A DNA stretch of 64,000 nucleotides. Origin: Sphaerodactylus townsendi (lineage: Eukaryota). The notes under the pieces were generated by a model. The model was given only the letters and a program-made list of their open reading frames with translations. It ran no database searches and had not been told where the DNA came from. Positions 49,279-60,480 of the stretch are shown one piece after another. Each line of letters begins with the position of its first letter. Within the stretch, counting starts at the first letter, position 1. Made by a program: the position numbers and the translations under genes. The stretch is taken from NCBI RefSeq assembly GCF_021028975.2, contig NC_059439.1, positions 22,940,001 to 23,004,000 on the forward strand. Reading direction: 5' to 3'.

Positions 49279-51329
49279 GTCATTGAGAAATAAAACGAAT
49301 GGAAAAAACAAGTCTGGGCTTCGGAACTAAAACCTAGGGACGTAGATACAAAGCAGAGTGTCTCGCAATTGAAGCACATGTTCCCATCAGTACCATTGAG
49401 ATAAGAGTCTAAACCAGGAATGTGTGTGTGTGTGGAAAACAAAAGAAGCTCAGAGACAATTCATAGCTTCTATCTAATAAGAGGAGCCTTTATTAGTGAA
49501 CTCCTTTCTCAATAGAACAGTGGAGAGATAGGTCCTCTATTCTAATGTAGCTAGCTGGATGATGAGGGACGCTGTCTGCACCTCTCCTCACACATAGTGC
49601 AAGATGGAGGAGTGTGTGCAACAATGGTGATGTGTGTGTGAAGGAAAAGTTCCCTGACAGTAGCAATCTACACATCAGAGGGATAATGTTAGAGCAGTAG
49701 AGACAGTGTTCTCAGTGTCTTGACCTCCTAGCGATCTGACTTACTGATCAGTCCCACCCCACCCCACCCCACTGAGACAGAAGACAGTGCACAGCCCTTC
49801 ACTTCCAACAATCCTGACCAGGGCCAATCCTGCTTAAATTTAAGCTTATTATAGGATTTCCAACAAATCACATCTTCTCATGTCTGCTTTTCAAAATAAT
49901 GCATGCCAAGCCATTACATAACTGTCTGTCCATTCAAAGAAGCTTAAAAGTAAAGAAAAATGTATGGCAATTGTACTGTGATTAATATCCAACCATGATC
50001 CATTTTTTTTATTGAACAGTGGGTCTACGCTGTGTTGTTTGGGAATATGATCAATGGTCATTAAGGATATAACATGATAAGTAACCAAAAATTAGGTGTG
50101 GAAAATTCTCTTTCCCTATTATTAGGACTTCTGGAATTTAGATCAAAATTGTAGGTGCCTACCATAGGTTACAGCTGTCGATAGAATTACCCTCTGTGAT
50201 TGTAACGAATCATGAAGAAATCTACAGCTGCCACATTCAGTAGTAGGGAAATCTATATACTATGAGACAGTGTAACTGTTCCTTAAAAACACAAATGTGT
50301 TCCCATTCTAATTTCAAGTTATTTAGGCTTTCTTTCCAGCTAAGTGCCCTGTTCCCCTGATAAGTTTGGTGACTTCTGATTCCCTTCCCACCATTTTGAG
50401 ATGATGATATCATTATTGAAACACAATAAAAATTTCAGTAGCAATTGTTTAAGTATCTTGATTATCTTAACTAAGTACCTTGCATCCCTGGTGGATTCTG
50501 AGTCAACCATTTGTCTGTGTTCAATACCAGAGTAACGATTTTTCTGCCCTTCTGCTTGAAATCCCGTTGTACAGTTACAAACAAAATACTCAAACAATTG
50601 CAAGCCTTCAAGAAACAATGTAAAGTTCCTTGATTCTTTTCCCTTTGAGATGCTGCGCTGTTCCTGGAAGGAAGAAGAATGGGAGATCTCAAGTACCTTG
50701 ATCCATGGTTGTCCTAATGTATTTAGCAAGTGCTCCCTGGAGTCTTTTGTATCCCATCGGCATACATTAAAAGTAACAAAGTAAAACTGTTTCCTGGTAT
50801 ACAGGCTTGTTGGGTTTTAGGAAATTATGGAGGAGACAATTAAGCAGACTTTTGTTGTTGCTTTGTGGAGAACTGATGCATTATGGGGGCTGAATCCAGC
50901 CTGCTGTTCTGCTGGTAAAAATGATGCTGGGTCGTTTCTTCTCTGGACATAAAATTATATCTGTTTGTGGTTAACTTGAAGCCTTATTTCTTTGGTAGCC
51001 ATTGAATATTATCTCTTATCTGATGTTCCAAGATTGCAGTTTGCTAGTATGTAAAACTGTGCATGGTCACTGATGAGAGTCAATTCATGTTTCTTGATAG
51101 TAATTGTGTCTTAGGTCAATATTTTCTTGCTGGATGCTCTTCTGATGTCCACGTTGGTTGGGGGGGGGGTTCTTTTGACAGCCTTTCGATCAGTGAATGG
51201 TCTCACAATGATAAGTCAGATGAAGAAAGTAGTCATATACATAATGGTCTCTATATTCACATTTCCTCCTTTTATGTTTACCCTGATCTCCTATGTTCTC
51301 ACATCATTCAGACTATTTTGAGAATCTCA

Positions 51330-51850
51330 AGCCGTTTCCGCACGAATGCGGAAGCGGCCGGGTCGGCGTATGCGACGCCAACCCGACGACGCTAGGACCG
51401 TCCGCATGGACGGTCCTAGAAAGAGCCGGGAAGCCGGCGCCATGGAGCGCCGGCGCCCGGCCGACCCGGTGTGTCCCCGGGCCTCCGGCATGTCGCCGAA
51501 GCCTGGGGACACGCCCCCCTGGCCCTGCGTGCCTGCTCCAGCGCCGTAGGGCAGGGGGGCATGTCCCCAGGCCTCGGCGATGCGCCGGAGGCCCGGGGAC
51601 AAGGTAAGTACAGGGAGGGAGGGGGGAAGCGCCGGGAAACTGCTGCCGTTCGCATGGCAGCGGCTTCCAGCTGGCGTTTCCTCAACAAGCGTGCTTCGAA
51701 GTGCACTGGGGAAACACCGGCGTCGGGATGGGCGGCCGGCATGAGGGCGGCACGGCTGCGATGCAGCTGCGCCCCCTGTGCGAACAGCAGCCTGGGGACG
51801 GCGTTTTTGCCGTCCCCAAGCGGCCGTTTATGGCCCATGCGGAAAGGGCC
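51330..51850. mobile_element. GC-rich Harbinger-type MITE D (521 bp)
   Basis: TIRs AGCCGTTTCCGCACG / CATGCGGAAAGGGCC and TSD TCA. Diverged relative of MITE A in the same orientation. Confidence 0.88.
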
Positions 51851-51909
51851 TCATCCTTAACAGGAAAAAATACCCTTTTTACCCATTCCTCTCAACTTTA
51901 TGTAGTTAT

Positions 51910-52176
51910 GTAGTTTTAGCTTTAAAAGGGGCCTGGACAGATTTATGGAGGAGAAGTCAATGCATGGCTACCAATCTTGATCCTCTTTGATCTGAGATTG
52001 CAAATGCCTTAACAGACCAGGTGATCGGGAGCAACAGCCTCAGAAGGCCATTGCTTTCACATCCTGCATGTGAGCTCCCAAAGGCACCTGGTGGGCCACT
52101 GCGAGTAGCAGAGAGCTGGACTAGATGGACTCTGGTCTGATCCAGCTGGCTTGTTCTTATGTTCTTATGTTCTTAC
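51910..52176 (+). mobile_element. CR1 3' end
   Basis: FKRGLDRFMEEKS, GCTGGACTAGATGGACTCTGGTCTGATCCAGC and a (TTCTTATG)n tail. Confidence 0.85.
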
Positions 52177-52739
52177 CCTCTGCTATGACTCTGTGGTCCT
52201 TGTTTATGCTCTGCCAAATGTCAGCTCAGTGAGTGACCCCAACAAGGCATTCTCTATTGCCTACACTATTTTGATTGCACTGGTTAACAGCCTATGAAAC
52301 AAAGGGATTAAAAAAATACAAGCCTTTTGTTTAGTAAAAACCAGAGATGGAAATATGAAATACATAATTCAGTAGCTGTGATAGTGCCTGTCCCTCCTAC
52401 TACAATCCAAAAGGTGCCCCAAAATGTTTCTAAGTCCCCTTCTCAGAAAAAAAATTCCACTTCATACGGGTGAAGAGGTGGGGTTGGGTTTGCAAGAGGC
52501 TCCTTTTGGGATATATTTTGTTTCACGATGCCATTGAACTCCTCTTTGATTTAATGAGAGTAAACTGACATGGTTGCATCCCCTTCCCACTCATATGCTC
52601 TGCTAGATTTTGTGTGCAGTGTGTGGCTAGTGGGTTGGGAGGGAGGTTCAAGGGGGGAACTTGTGAGTCATTCCAAGGGGGTCACTGGGATGAAATGGTG
52701 CTGAGGGCAGCAATGGGCTCTTGTGTATAGTGCAAGTTA

Positions 52740-53013
52740 GGGCCTTTCCCCACTCTCGTCCTTCTCCTCTATGCCGCGCGCTGTTCTCAGCGCGCAGCAT
52801 CCCAGGCGCGCTCCCGGCCGTCCCCACGACCCCGTGCTCTGCGCGGGGCCATCAAAAGGCACCGTTAAGAAGAGCGCCTGGGATGCTGAGGGGCGCGACA
52901 GCAGCAGCTTCGAGGCAGCTGCGCTGTCACCGCCCCTCTCAGTGGGGAGTGCCGAGGGACCCGCGCTATTCTCCTTGAGTAGCGCGGGGCTTAAGGTAAG
53001 TGGGGAAAGGCCC
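52740..53013. mobile_element. PIF/Harbinger MITE E (274 bp)
   Basis: Perfect 15-bp TIR GGGCCTTTCCCCACT and canonical TTA TSD. Empty site CAAGTTAGTTCAAGGG at 37123-37138. Confidence 0.92.
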
Positions 53014-54117
53014 TTAGTTCAAGGGCATTCCTACCAGATTTCAATCCTGGCTTGTTTTTTCTTTTAGCTGGGCTTTCCTCTCCCCTTTTTGAAGTCTGCA
53101 GCCCATCCCTTCCATATGGGGATGAAACCAGGGCCCTTGGCTATGCCATTCCTGCACCTTTCCATGTGAGTCCTTACAATGGTGATATCAGAACTTCAAA
53201 GAAATGACAAATTCCCAAAGGCATTCCTCCTTTTCAAGTGCCCGGTTGGTCCAGTGGTTAGGTCACTTGATTAGGATGCGGTGGGAGTGAGATCAAGCCA
53301 AGCCTCTGACTTATGCTTTATTAGGAGCTACACTAGGACATGAAAACTTCTTTGTGCACCCTGAAGGGAAAGATATGGCATTAAGAAATGGTAGTCACAT
53401 TGGCAGGCATTGATTGACTGGACCTGTCTGTGTGTCTTGCAGGAATATCATTGGCCACTGCTCCAAGATATTTCTGGGTTTGCTAGGGACTCTGGCAAGC
53501 TAAGTATGACTTTTTGCCTGGTGTTTCCTCTTCAGTCCAGTGAATGTTCATAGGGAATGAACTATGGGCACCACTATTATGCTGTGCCAGCCCTGAGATT
53601 GGGCTTCCTAAAACATAAAACAGCTTTAAAAGATGCATTAATCAAAACTACAGAGTCTAAAGGAAAGGATTGTGCAATATTAATACTGTGATCTCTATGT
53701 GAGCCATTCTGCTTCTGCAACAAAATCACAGAATTACTCTTTATAAATTGCAGCCACCTACAACTGTAGGGGTGATCTGTATACTGAAAAGAAAATAATA
53801 GAAGAGCCTTATACATCAAACACTCAGAACAATATTACACAACATGCAAATTTTTTCTGGTACAGGAGATTTTCATCATTCGTACAGATATATGAATTCA
53901 TAGCCATTGTTTACATAGATATGGGGGATAGGATGGGATATGAATCCTAGAAAATAAATAAATAAATAATGTTCCAATCATATTACATTTGGTAGAAATA
54001 TCATGCCTGTTAGAATAAATACAAAAAATTAAAAAAAAATCATCAGTAAGCCATAACAGTGCAACACAGCTATTCATGCTAGTATCGACTGGGTTCACTT
54101 CATTGAGAAGTTTATCG

Positions 54118-54290
54118 GATCATTAGGCAAAATCCAATCCATTTCTTGAAGATTTTCTGCATGGCTACATGGATTTCTTTGTTTTCCAGGCTATAAATAA
54201 TGGGATTCAGAAGTGGTGGCAAAATGTTGTACAATACAGCAGCTGTCAGGTCTATATGTGTTTGTAGTGTGCATAGCAGCATGGATTATG
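54118..54290 (-). pseudogene. OR14-like remnant (TM7/C-tail fused to a TM4 scrap)
   Basis: Homologous to 38215-38355, then jumps to the TGTGTTTG.AGTGTGCATAGCAGCATGGATTATGC segment. The rest of the gene is missing. Confidence 0.8.
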
Positions 54291-54562
54291 CCAGTGGTTG
54301 GTGGTCACATGACTGGGGCCTATATAAGGTGGTGCCCAGCTGGCCCCAGCCTCTTTCAAGGCCATCAGAGCGAGCAGACCCACCCTCCCTCCCTGCGTTA
54401 TGGGTTGGATTGGGGGTATTTATTGTTGAGTGTTAATTTGTTTTTGTCACAGCTTAGATGGCTTTGGGCATAGGAGCACATCCTTTATGGGGAGGCCAAG
54501 CTTGCGTGCTGGACCTCCCTGTGGCTGCTGTTTTTGGCCCATGCGGAATCAGACTAGCTTAG

Positions 54563-54722
54563 CCTAGTCAATTCTGAGAAGCTAAACAGGGTTAGTCCTG
54601 CTCAGTATTTGGATGGTAGACTTCTAAGGAATACCAGGTCACAATACTGGGGCAAACCACATCTGATTGTCTCTAGTCTTGAAAACCCTGCTGAGTTTCC
54701 ACAAATCAGCTGTGACTTGGCT
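54563..54722 (+). mobile_element. 5S-derived SINE (paralog of 34943)
   Basis: GAAGCTAAACAGGGTTAGTCCTGCTCAGTATTTGGATGGTAGAC..GGAATACCAGGT followed by the same tail. Confidence 0.7.
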
Positions 54723-54769
54723 GGGATGAACAGAAGAAAAAGGGATTTTTTAAGCCACATATCAGGAAG

Positions 54770-55805
54770 TCAGCTTGTCAATATCCATCTTGAATTGCAG
54801 TGCCCAGAACCATTCACAATATCCCAGCTGATGTCTAACCAATGCAGAATAGGGAGGTACAGTTACATCCCTTGATCTAGACACTGTACTCCTATTGATA
54901 CAGCCCACTATCACATTGGCTTTCTTGGCTGCCACATCACACTGCTGCCTTATGTTCAGTTTGTGTTCTACTAAGACAGGGGTAGGGAACCTGCGGCTCT
55001 CCAGATGTCCAGGAACTACAATTCCCATCAGCCCCTACCAGCATGGCCAATTGCCCATGCTGGTAGGGGCTGATGGGAATTGTAGTTCCTGAACATCTGG
55101 AGAGCCGCAGGTTCCCTACCCCTGTACTAAGACTCCCAGAACCCTTTTGTATGTAGTGTAGTCAATCCAAGTGTCATCCATCCTATATCTGTGCATTTCA
55201 TTTTTTTCTGCCTGAGTGTAGTATCTTATATTTATCTCTGCTGACATTCATTTTGTTTCTTTTGGCCCAGCTCTCTAATCTGTTTAGGTCATTTTTGAAG
55301 TCTGACTCTGTCCTCTGGTATATTAGCTACCCCACCTATTTCAGTGTCGTCTGCAAATTTTATTCATATGCCTTCTATTCCATCATCCAAGTTGTTGATA
55401 AAAATATTCAATAGCACTGGGCCCAGGACTGAACCCTGTGGCACCTCACTAGCCACTTCTTTCCAGGATGTAGTTGAGCCATTGATGAGCACCCTTTGAG
55501 TTTGGTCCATCAATCAATTACAAATCCATCTAATAGTATCATTGTCTAGTCCACATTTCACTAGGCTACTTGCAAGAATATTATTGGGTACCTTGTCAAA
55601 AGTTTTATTAAATGATGGTATGCTATGTCCACAGCATTCCCTTCATCTACCAAGCTTGTCACTCTATCCAAAAAAAAGAGAGGTAAGATTAGTCTGGCAT
55701 GACTTTTTTTCAGAAACCCATGCTGATATTTTGTGATCACAGTATTCCCTTCTAAGTGCTGCCAGACCATCTGTTTAATGATCTGCTCCAGAATCTTTCC
55801 TGGTG
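54770..55805 (-). mobile_element. CR1 fragment (duplicate of 43848-46315, without the LTR, with a hAT MITE)
   Basis: Colinear with the 44-46 kb CR1: QQCDVAAKKAN, PPYSALVR, VTSLVDEGNAVD. Confidence 0.88.
54977..55124. mobile_element. fully palindromic hAT MITE (148 bp)
   Basis: CAGGGGTAGGGAACCTGCGG... near-perfect foldback and 8-bp TSD TACTAAGA. Empty site TACTGAGA at 44493-44500. Confidence 0.93.
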
Positions 55806-56461
55806 ATCTAATTTACTTGCAAGGGAAGAGGAGATAGAAACTGATTTGTCACCAAGCTCTTTGGAGAAATAGGGTAATTCAGTAAAATAAGTGGATTAAT
55901 TAATAACTGAAATTCTAGTGGGGCAGCCATGTTAATTTGTTGCAGCAAAAAACAAAGCAAAATAGCTTTACATAAGTAGAAGCTTTTCTAGGCTAGAATC
56001 TCCTTTGTCAGAAAAGTGAAGTGCCACAAGCCTCCTTTTTTTTGTTAAAATAAGAATGTGTTGGCCAATCATAAAACAAAACCCACATTCAACTTAGAAA
56101 TTTTGTCAGAATAATTTGCTTTCCTTTTAAAATTCTAAGTTTTACTCAAGCAAACGTGCTTCTTAACAGTCTTCAGATGGTATCTTAAGGATGTGTGAAA
56201 AATCTTTAAAATTAATATGTATAATAAACCTTAACTGCAAGTGCTTGAAGAACAAACATTAAAAAACAATGTTAGATAAAATTACAATAATTAAATAACT
56301 GCATGAATCCAAAGACTGCACCTCTAACACCACCAAAACATTAATTTGATTGCACGTAACTTTTTATATGGATTTATTTGATGTATTTTGGTCAGATAGG
56401 TCTTCTTCAGAGGTTCAGATACATAGACACAAACACAAACAGTAGTTATAAAAGAGCAAAA

Positions 56462-57085
56462 ATGCTGCATTCAAACTTGTATTTAGGAGCGCAAAAGACA
56501 CTGTCGGCTTAACCACCCTGAAAAAGCTGCAATTGCACAACATGTCTTAAACAAAACTGGACATAACATTTTATTTGAAAACACTGAAATTCTGGACAAT
56601 TCAAAAGGTTACTTTGTCAGACTGCACAGGGAGGCCATTGAAATTCACAAACACCAAGACAATTTCAATAGGAAAGAAGAGACTCTGAAAATTAGCAAAG
56701 CTACCAGTACTTAAAAACACCAAAAGCAAGCCCCAAGGGCATGCTAAATGCATGAACAATGGACTCCACCCAAACACAGGATTTGCATTCACCAATAGTA
56801 CTGCTGCTTCAGGGCAGGAAAATGTGAATCACTCCCTGGACTGATAAGCCCTACCCACAATACAATACTATCTACCACATCTTTGCATAACAAGTTCCAC
56901 CCAAAAATGTACTGATTGGTTCCCCACCCTGGGACATGGACAATTTATACCCCAAACATTTCCTTCTCTCTGGACACAGTGTGTAACAGACTTCCCTCTG
57001 TGATACACCTCTGAAGATGCCAACCACAAATGAGGCAAAACGTTAGGAACAAAATCCACCAGACCACGGCCACACAGCCCAGAGA
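56462..57085 (+). mobile_element. Penelope-like element 3' end (duplicate of 47000-47625)
   Basis: Colinear GIY-YIG remnant, same flanks, hammerhead-like motif at 57008-57047. Confidence 0.85.
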
Positions 57086-57546
57086 CTGGGCTTCCCAAAA
57101 CATAAAACAGCTTTAAAAGATACATTAATCAAAACCGAAGAGTCTAAAGGATGGGATTGTGCAATATTAATACTATGATCTCTATGTGAGTAAATCAACT
57201 TCGACAACTAGATCACAGAAAGACTCTTTATAAGTTGCAACCACATACAAGTGTAGGGGTGGACTGTATATTCAAAAGAAAATAATAGAAGAACCTTATA
57301 CATCAAACATATGGAACAATATTACCCAACATGCACATTTTTCTGGTACAGAAGATTTATCATCATTTGTAAAGATATAGCCATTTACAGCCATTGTTTA
57401 CATAGATATATAAATTTACAATTATATTATACATGGTAGAAATATGATGCCAGTGAGAATACATCAGTAGCCATAACAGTACAACACAGCTCTTCACGCT
57501 AGTATCAATTTGGTTCAGTTCACTGGGAAATGTATCAAATCATTAG

Positions 57547-58470
57547 TCAAAATCCAATCCATTTCTTGAACATTTTCTGCATGGCTACATGAATTTCTTT
57601 GTTTTTCAGGCTATAAATAATGGGATTCAGGAGTGGTGGCAAAATGGTGTACAATACAGCAGCCGTCACGTCTACTGATATGGAAGACATAGATTTTGGT
57701 TTCATATAAGAAAACAAAGCAGTAGAGAGAAACAATGAAAGCACGGTCAAGTGTGGGATGCAGGTGGAAAAGGCTTTTGACCTGGCCTGGTGAGACTTAA
57801 TTTTCAGCACGTTTTGCAAGATGAAACCATAAGAAGTCACTATACCGAAAAAGCAAAATGAACCAATAACAACTGCTTCAATAACAACCACCACCACATT
57901 GGCAGTTGTATCCGTGCAAGAAATCATTAATAACTGGGGGATGTCACAAAAATATTGATCAATCTTAGAGGTGCAAAAATGTAACCTGAATGTGTTTGCA
58001 GTGTGCATAACAGCATGGATTAAGCTGCTGATCCAAGACGCTGCTGCCATTTGGATGCTAGTATTCCAGTTCATCAACACTGTGTATTGTAGAGGATGAC
58101 AAATTGCTACATAGCGGTCATAAGCCATCACAGTCAGAAAGGTCAGCTCAACACCTGCACCTGTCACCACTAAGAACACTTGCGCGACACATCCAGAGAA
58201 AGAAATCAGTTTGTTGTTTGTCCAGGAAATGGCCAGGGATTTGGGGACAGTTGCAGAGATATAACAAGCATCTGATAAAGAAAGATTGGCTAGGAAGAAA
58301 TACATGGGATTGTGGAGGGACTGATTTTGGACTACAGTCAGCATCAAAAGGAAGTTCCCCACCAGGGCCGCTGAGTAAATGGAAAGAAATGTCACAAAGT
58401 GTAAAATCTGGAGCTCTGGGAGATCAGAGAATCCCAAAAGGGAGAAGGCTGTGACAGTTTGATTCCCCAT
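57547..58470 (-). CDS. OR14-like receptor (copy 3), intact. 307 aa from MGNQT, or 328 aa with the upstream mini-exon
   Basis: MGNQTVTAF, PMYFFLANLS, MAYDRYVAICHPLQY, QYFCDIPQLL, KAFSTCIPHL, PPLLNPIIYSLKN. Acceptor AG at 58490-91. Confidence 0.93.
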   Translation of the reverse strand: MGNQTVTAFSLLGFSDLPELQILHFVTFLSIYSAALVGNFLLMLTVVQNQSLHNPMYFFLANLSLSDACYISATVPKSLAISWTNNKLISFSGCVAQVFLVVTGAGVELTFLTVMAYDRYVAICHPLQYTVLMNWNTSIQMAAASWISSLIHAVMHTANTFRLHFCTSKIDQYFCDIPQLLMISCTDTTANVVVVVIEAVVIGSFCFFGIVTSYGFILQNVLKIKSHQARSKAFSTCIPHLTVLSLFLSTALFSYMKPKSMSSISVDVTAAVLYTILPPLLNPIIYSLKNKEIHVAMQKMFKKWIGF

Positions 58471-58724
58471 TCCCTCAGTGAGACGAACCCTTGAAAGAAA
58501 GAAAAGGAAACATGTCAATGAGAAATAAAACTAATGGAGGAAACAAGTCTGGACTTTAGAGCACAAAGCAGGGTCTCTCACATTTGAAGCACATGTTCCC
58601 ATCTGTACCATTAAGACCAGAATCTAAAATTGACTGAGGTTGGTGGTGGTGGAAAGTGTCATCAACTTGTAGCTGATTTAATGGTTTTCAGGACAAGAGA
58701 CTAGCAGAGGTGGTTTGCCATTAC

Positions 58725-58768
58725 CTGCCTCTGCACAGCAACTTTGGACTTCCTTGGTGGTCTCTCAT
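58725..58768 (-). CDS. putative 44-nt first coding exon of OR14-like copy 3 (MRDHQGSPKLLCRG)
   Basis: GAG-ATG start, donor CAG|GTAATG, and a phase-2 join in frame to acceptor TTTCAAG|GGTTCG. Same geometry in copy 1. Confidence 0.55.
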
Positions 58769-60284
58769 CTCAAATACTTGTTGTATTTCTCTCCTTGTTA
58801 AGAGATATCTTTGCATTACAGCAGAGTGCACAGAGGAAAAACATGGCAGAGCTTAACCAGGAATGTGTGTGTGTGGAAAACAAAAGAAGCTCAGAGACAA
58901 TTCACAGTTTCTCTTTAATAAGAGGAGCCTTTGTTAGTGAACTCCATTCTCGATAGAACAGTGGAGAGATAGGTCCTCTTTTCTAATCAAACTAGCTGGA
59001 TAGTGAGGGATGCTGTCTGCATCTCTCTGCACATATAGTGCAAGATGGAGGAATGTGTGCAGGAATTGTGTTGTGTGTGGGAAGGAAAAGCAGCAAGGAA
59101 GGAAGTTCCTTGACAGTAGCAATCTACACATCAAAGTGATAATGTTAGAGCAGTAGAGAAAGCATTCTTTTTCACTGTCTGGACCTCCTCTGGGTATATG
59201 ATTTACTTATCAGTCCCCCCACCCCCATCACTGAGACAGAAGACAGTGCACAGTCCTTCACTTACAACAATACTGACCAGGGCCAACCCTGCTTTCATTT
59301 ATGGTTATTATAGGATTTCCAACACAGCTTCCTATGTCCGTTTTTCGAAATAATGTGTGCAAAACATTATATAACTGTCTGTTCAAAGAAGCTTGAAAAT
59401 AAAGAAAAATGTATGCCAATTGTACTGAGATTAATATCCAACCATCATCCAATTTTTATTGTACAGTGTGTCTATTCTGTGTGTTTTGAGAATATGATCA
59501 ATGGTTATTAAGGATGTAACCTGATAAGTATCCAAAAATCGGGTGTGGAAAATTCTCTTTCCCTATTATTTGGACTTCTGGAATTTAGATACATATTGTC
59601 GGTACCTACCATAGGTTACAGCTGTTGATAGAATTAGCTTCTGTGATTGTAACTAATCATGAAGAAATCTACAGCTGTCACATTCAGAGGTTCCCAATGT
59701 GTTCCCATTCTATTTTCAAGTTATTTAGGCTTTCTTTCCAGCAAAGTGCCCTGTTCCCTTGATAAGCTTGGTGATTTTGTGATTCCCTTCCCACCATTTT
59801 ATTGAAACACAATAAAATTATTTAAGTATCTTGATTATCTCATTTAAGTACCTTGCATCCCAGGTGGATTCTGAGTCAACCATTGCTCTGTGTTCAATGT
59901 CAGAAGGATGATTTTTCTGCCCTTCTGCTTGAAATGCTGTTGTACAGTTACAAACACAACACTCAACCAATTGCAAGCCTTCAAGAAGCAATGTTAATTT
60001 TCTCGCTTCTTTTTTCCTGTCAGATGCTGCACTGTTCCTGGAAGGAAGAAGAATGGGAGACCTCAAGGAGCTTGATCCATGGTTGTCCTAATGTATCGAG
60101 CAAGTGCTCCCTGGAGTCTTTTGTAACCCAGTAGCATAAATTAAAAGTAACGAAGTAAAACTATTTCCTGGTATCCAGGCTTCTTCGGTTTTATGGAGAA
60201 GATAATTAAGCAGTCTTTTGCTGTTGCTCAGTGGAGAATTGACAGGGAAATGGCAGGAGTCCTCTTTAGTCAGGAAAATGACAG

Positions 60285-60480
60285 GACTGTCAGTATACAT
60301 TTTACTAGAGTTCACTTCTCTCACAGACTTGAATAAAGCTTTTTCTGTCTTTTACACCATCCTAACACCTCTGGTCAACCCTCTCATGTACAGTCTGTGA
60401 AACAAAGGTGTAAAAGTCTCTCTTCAGAGATTTGCAATGATAACATTTGGCAGAGCTCAGGCAATAACCCAAAAAATCAG
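60285..60480 (+). pseudogene. OR 3' fragment (same breakpoint as 42300)
   Basis: [37 protein letters not shown]. Shares the CGA>TGA stop and the junction CAGGACTGTCA with 42300. Confidence 0.85.

Larger units (their letters stand above)
50910..52310 (+). pseudogene. heavily degraded OR6/11-like pseudogene with MITE D and a CR1 insertion
   Basis: Remnants MMLGRFFSGHKIISVCG, SIFTFPPFMFTLISY, ILRIS|SLTGK..THSSQL, LVYALP..DPNKAFSIAYTIL..SL*NK. Confidence 0.75.
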
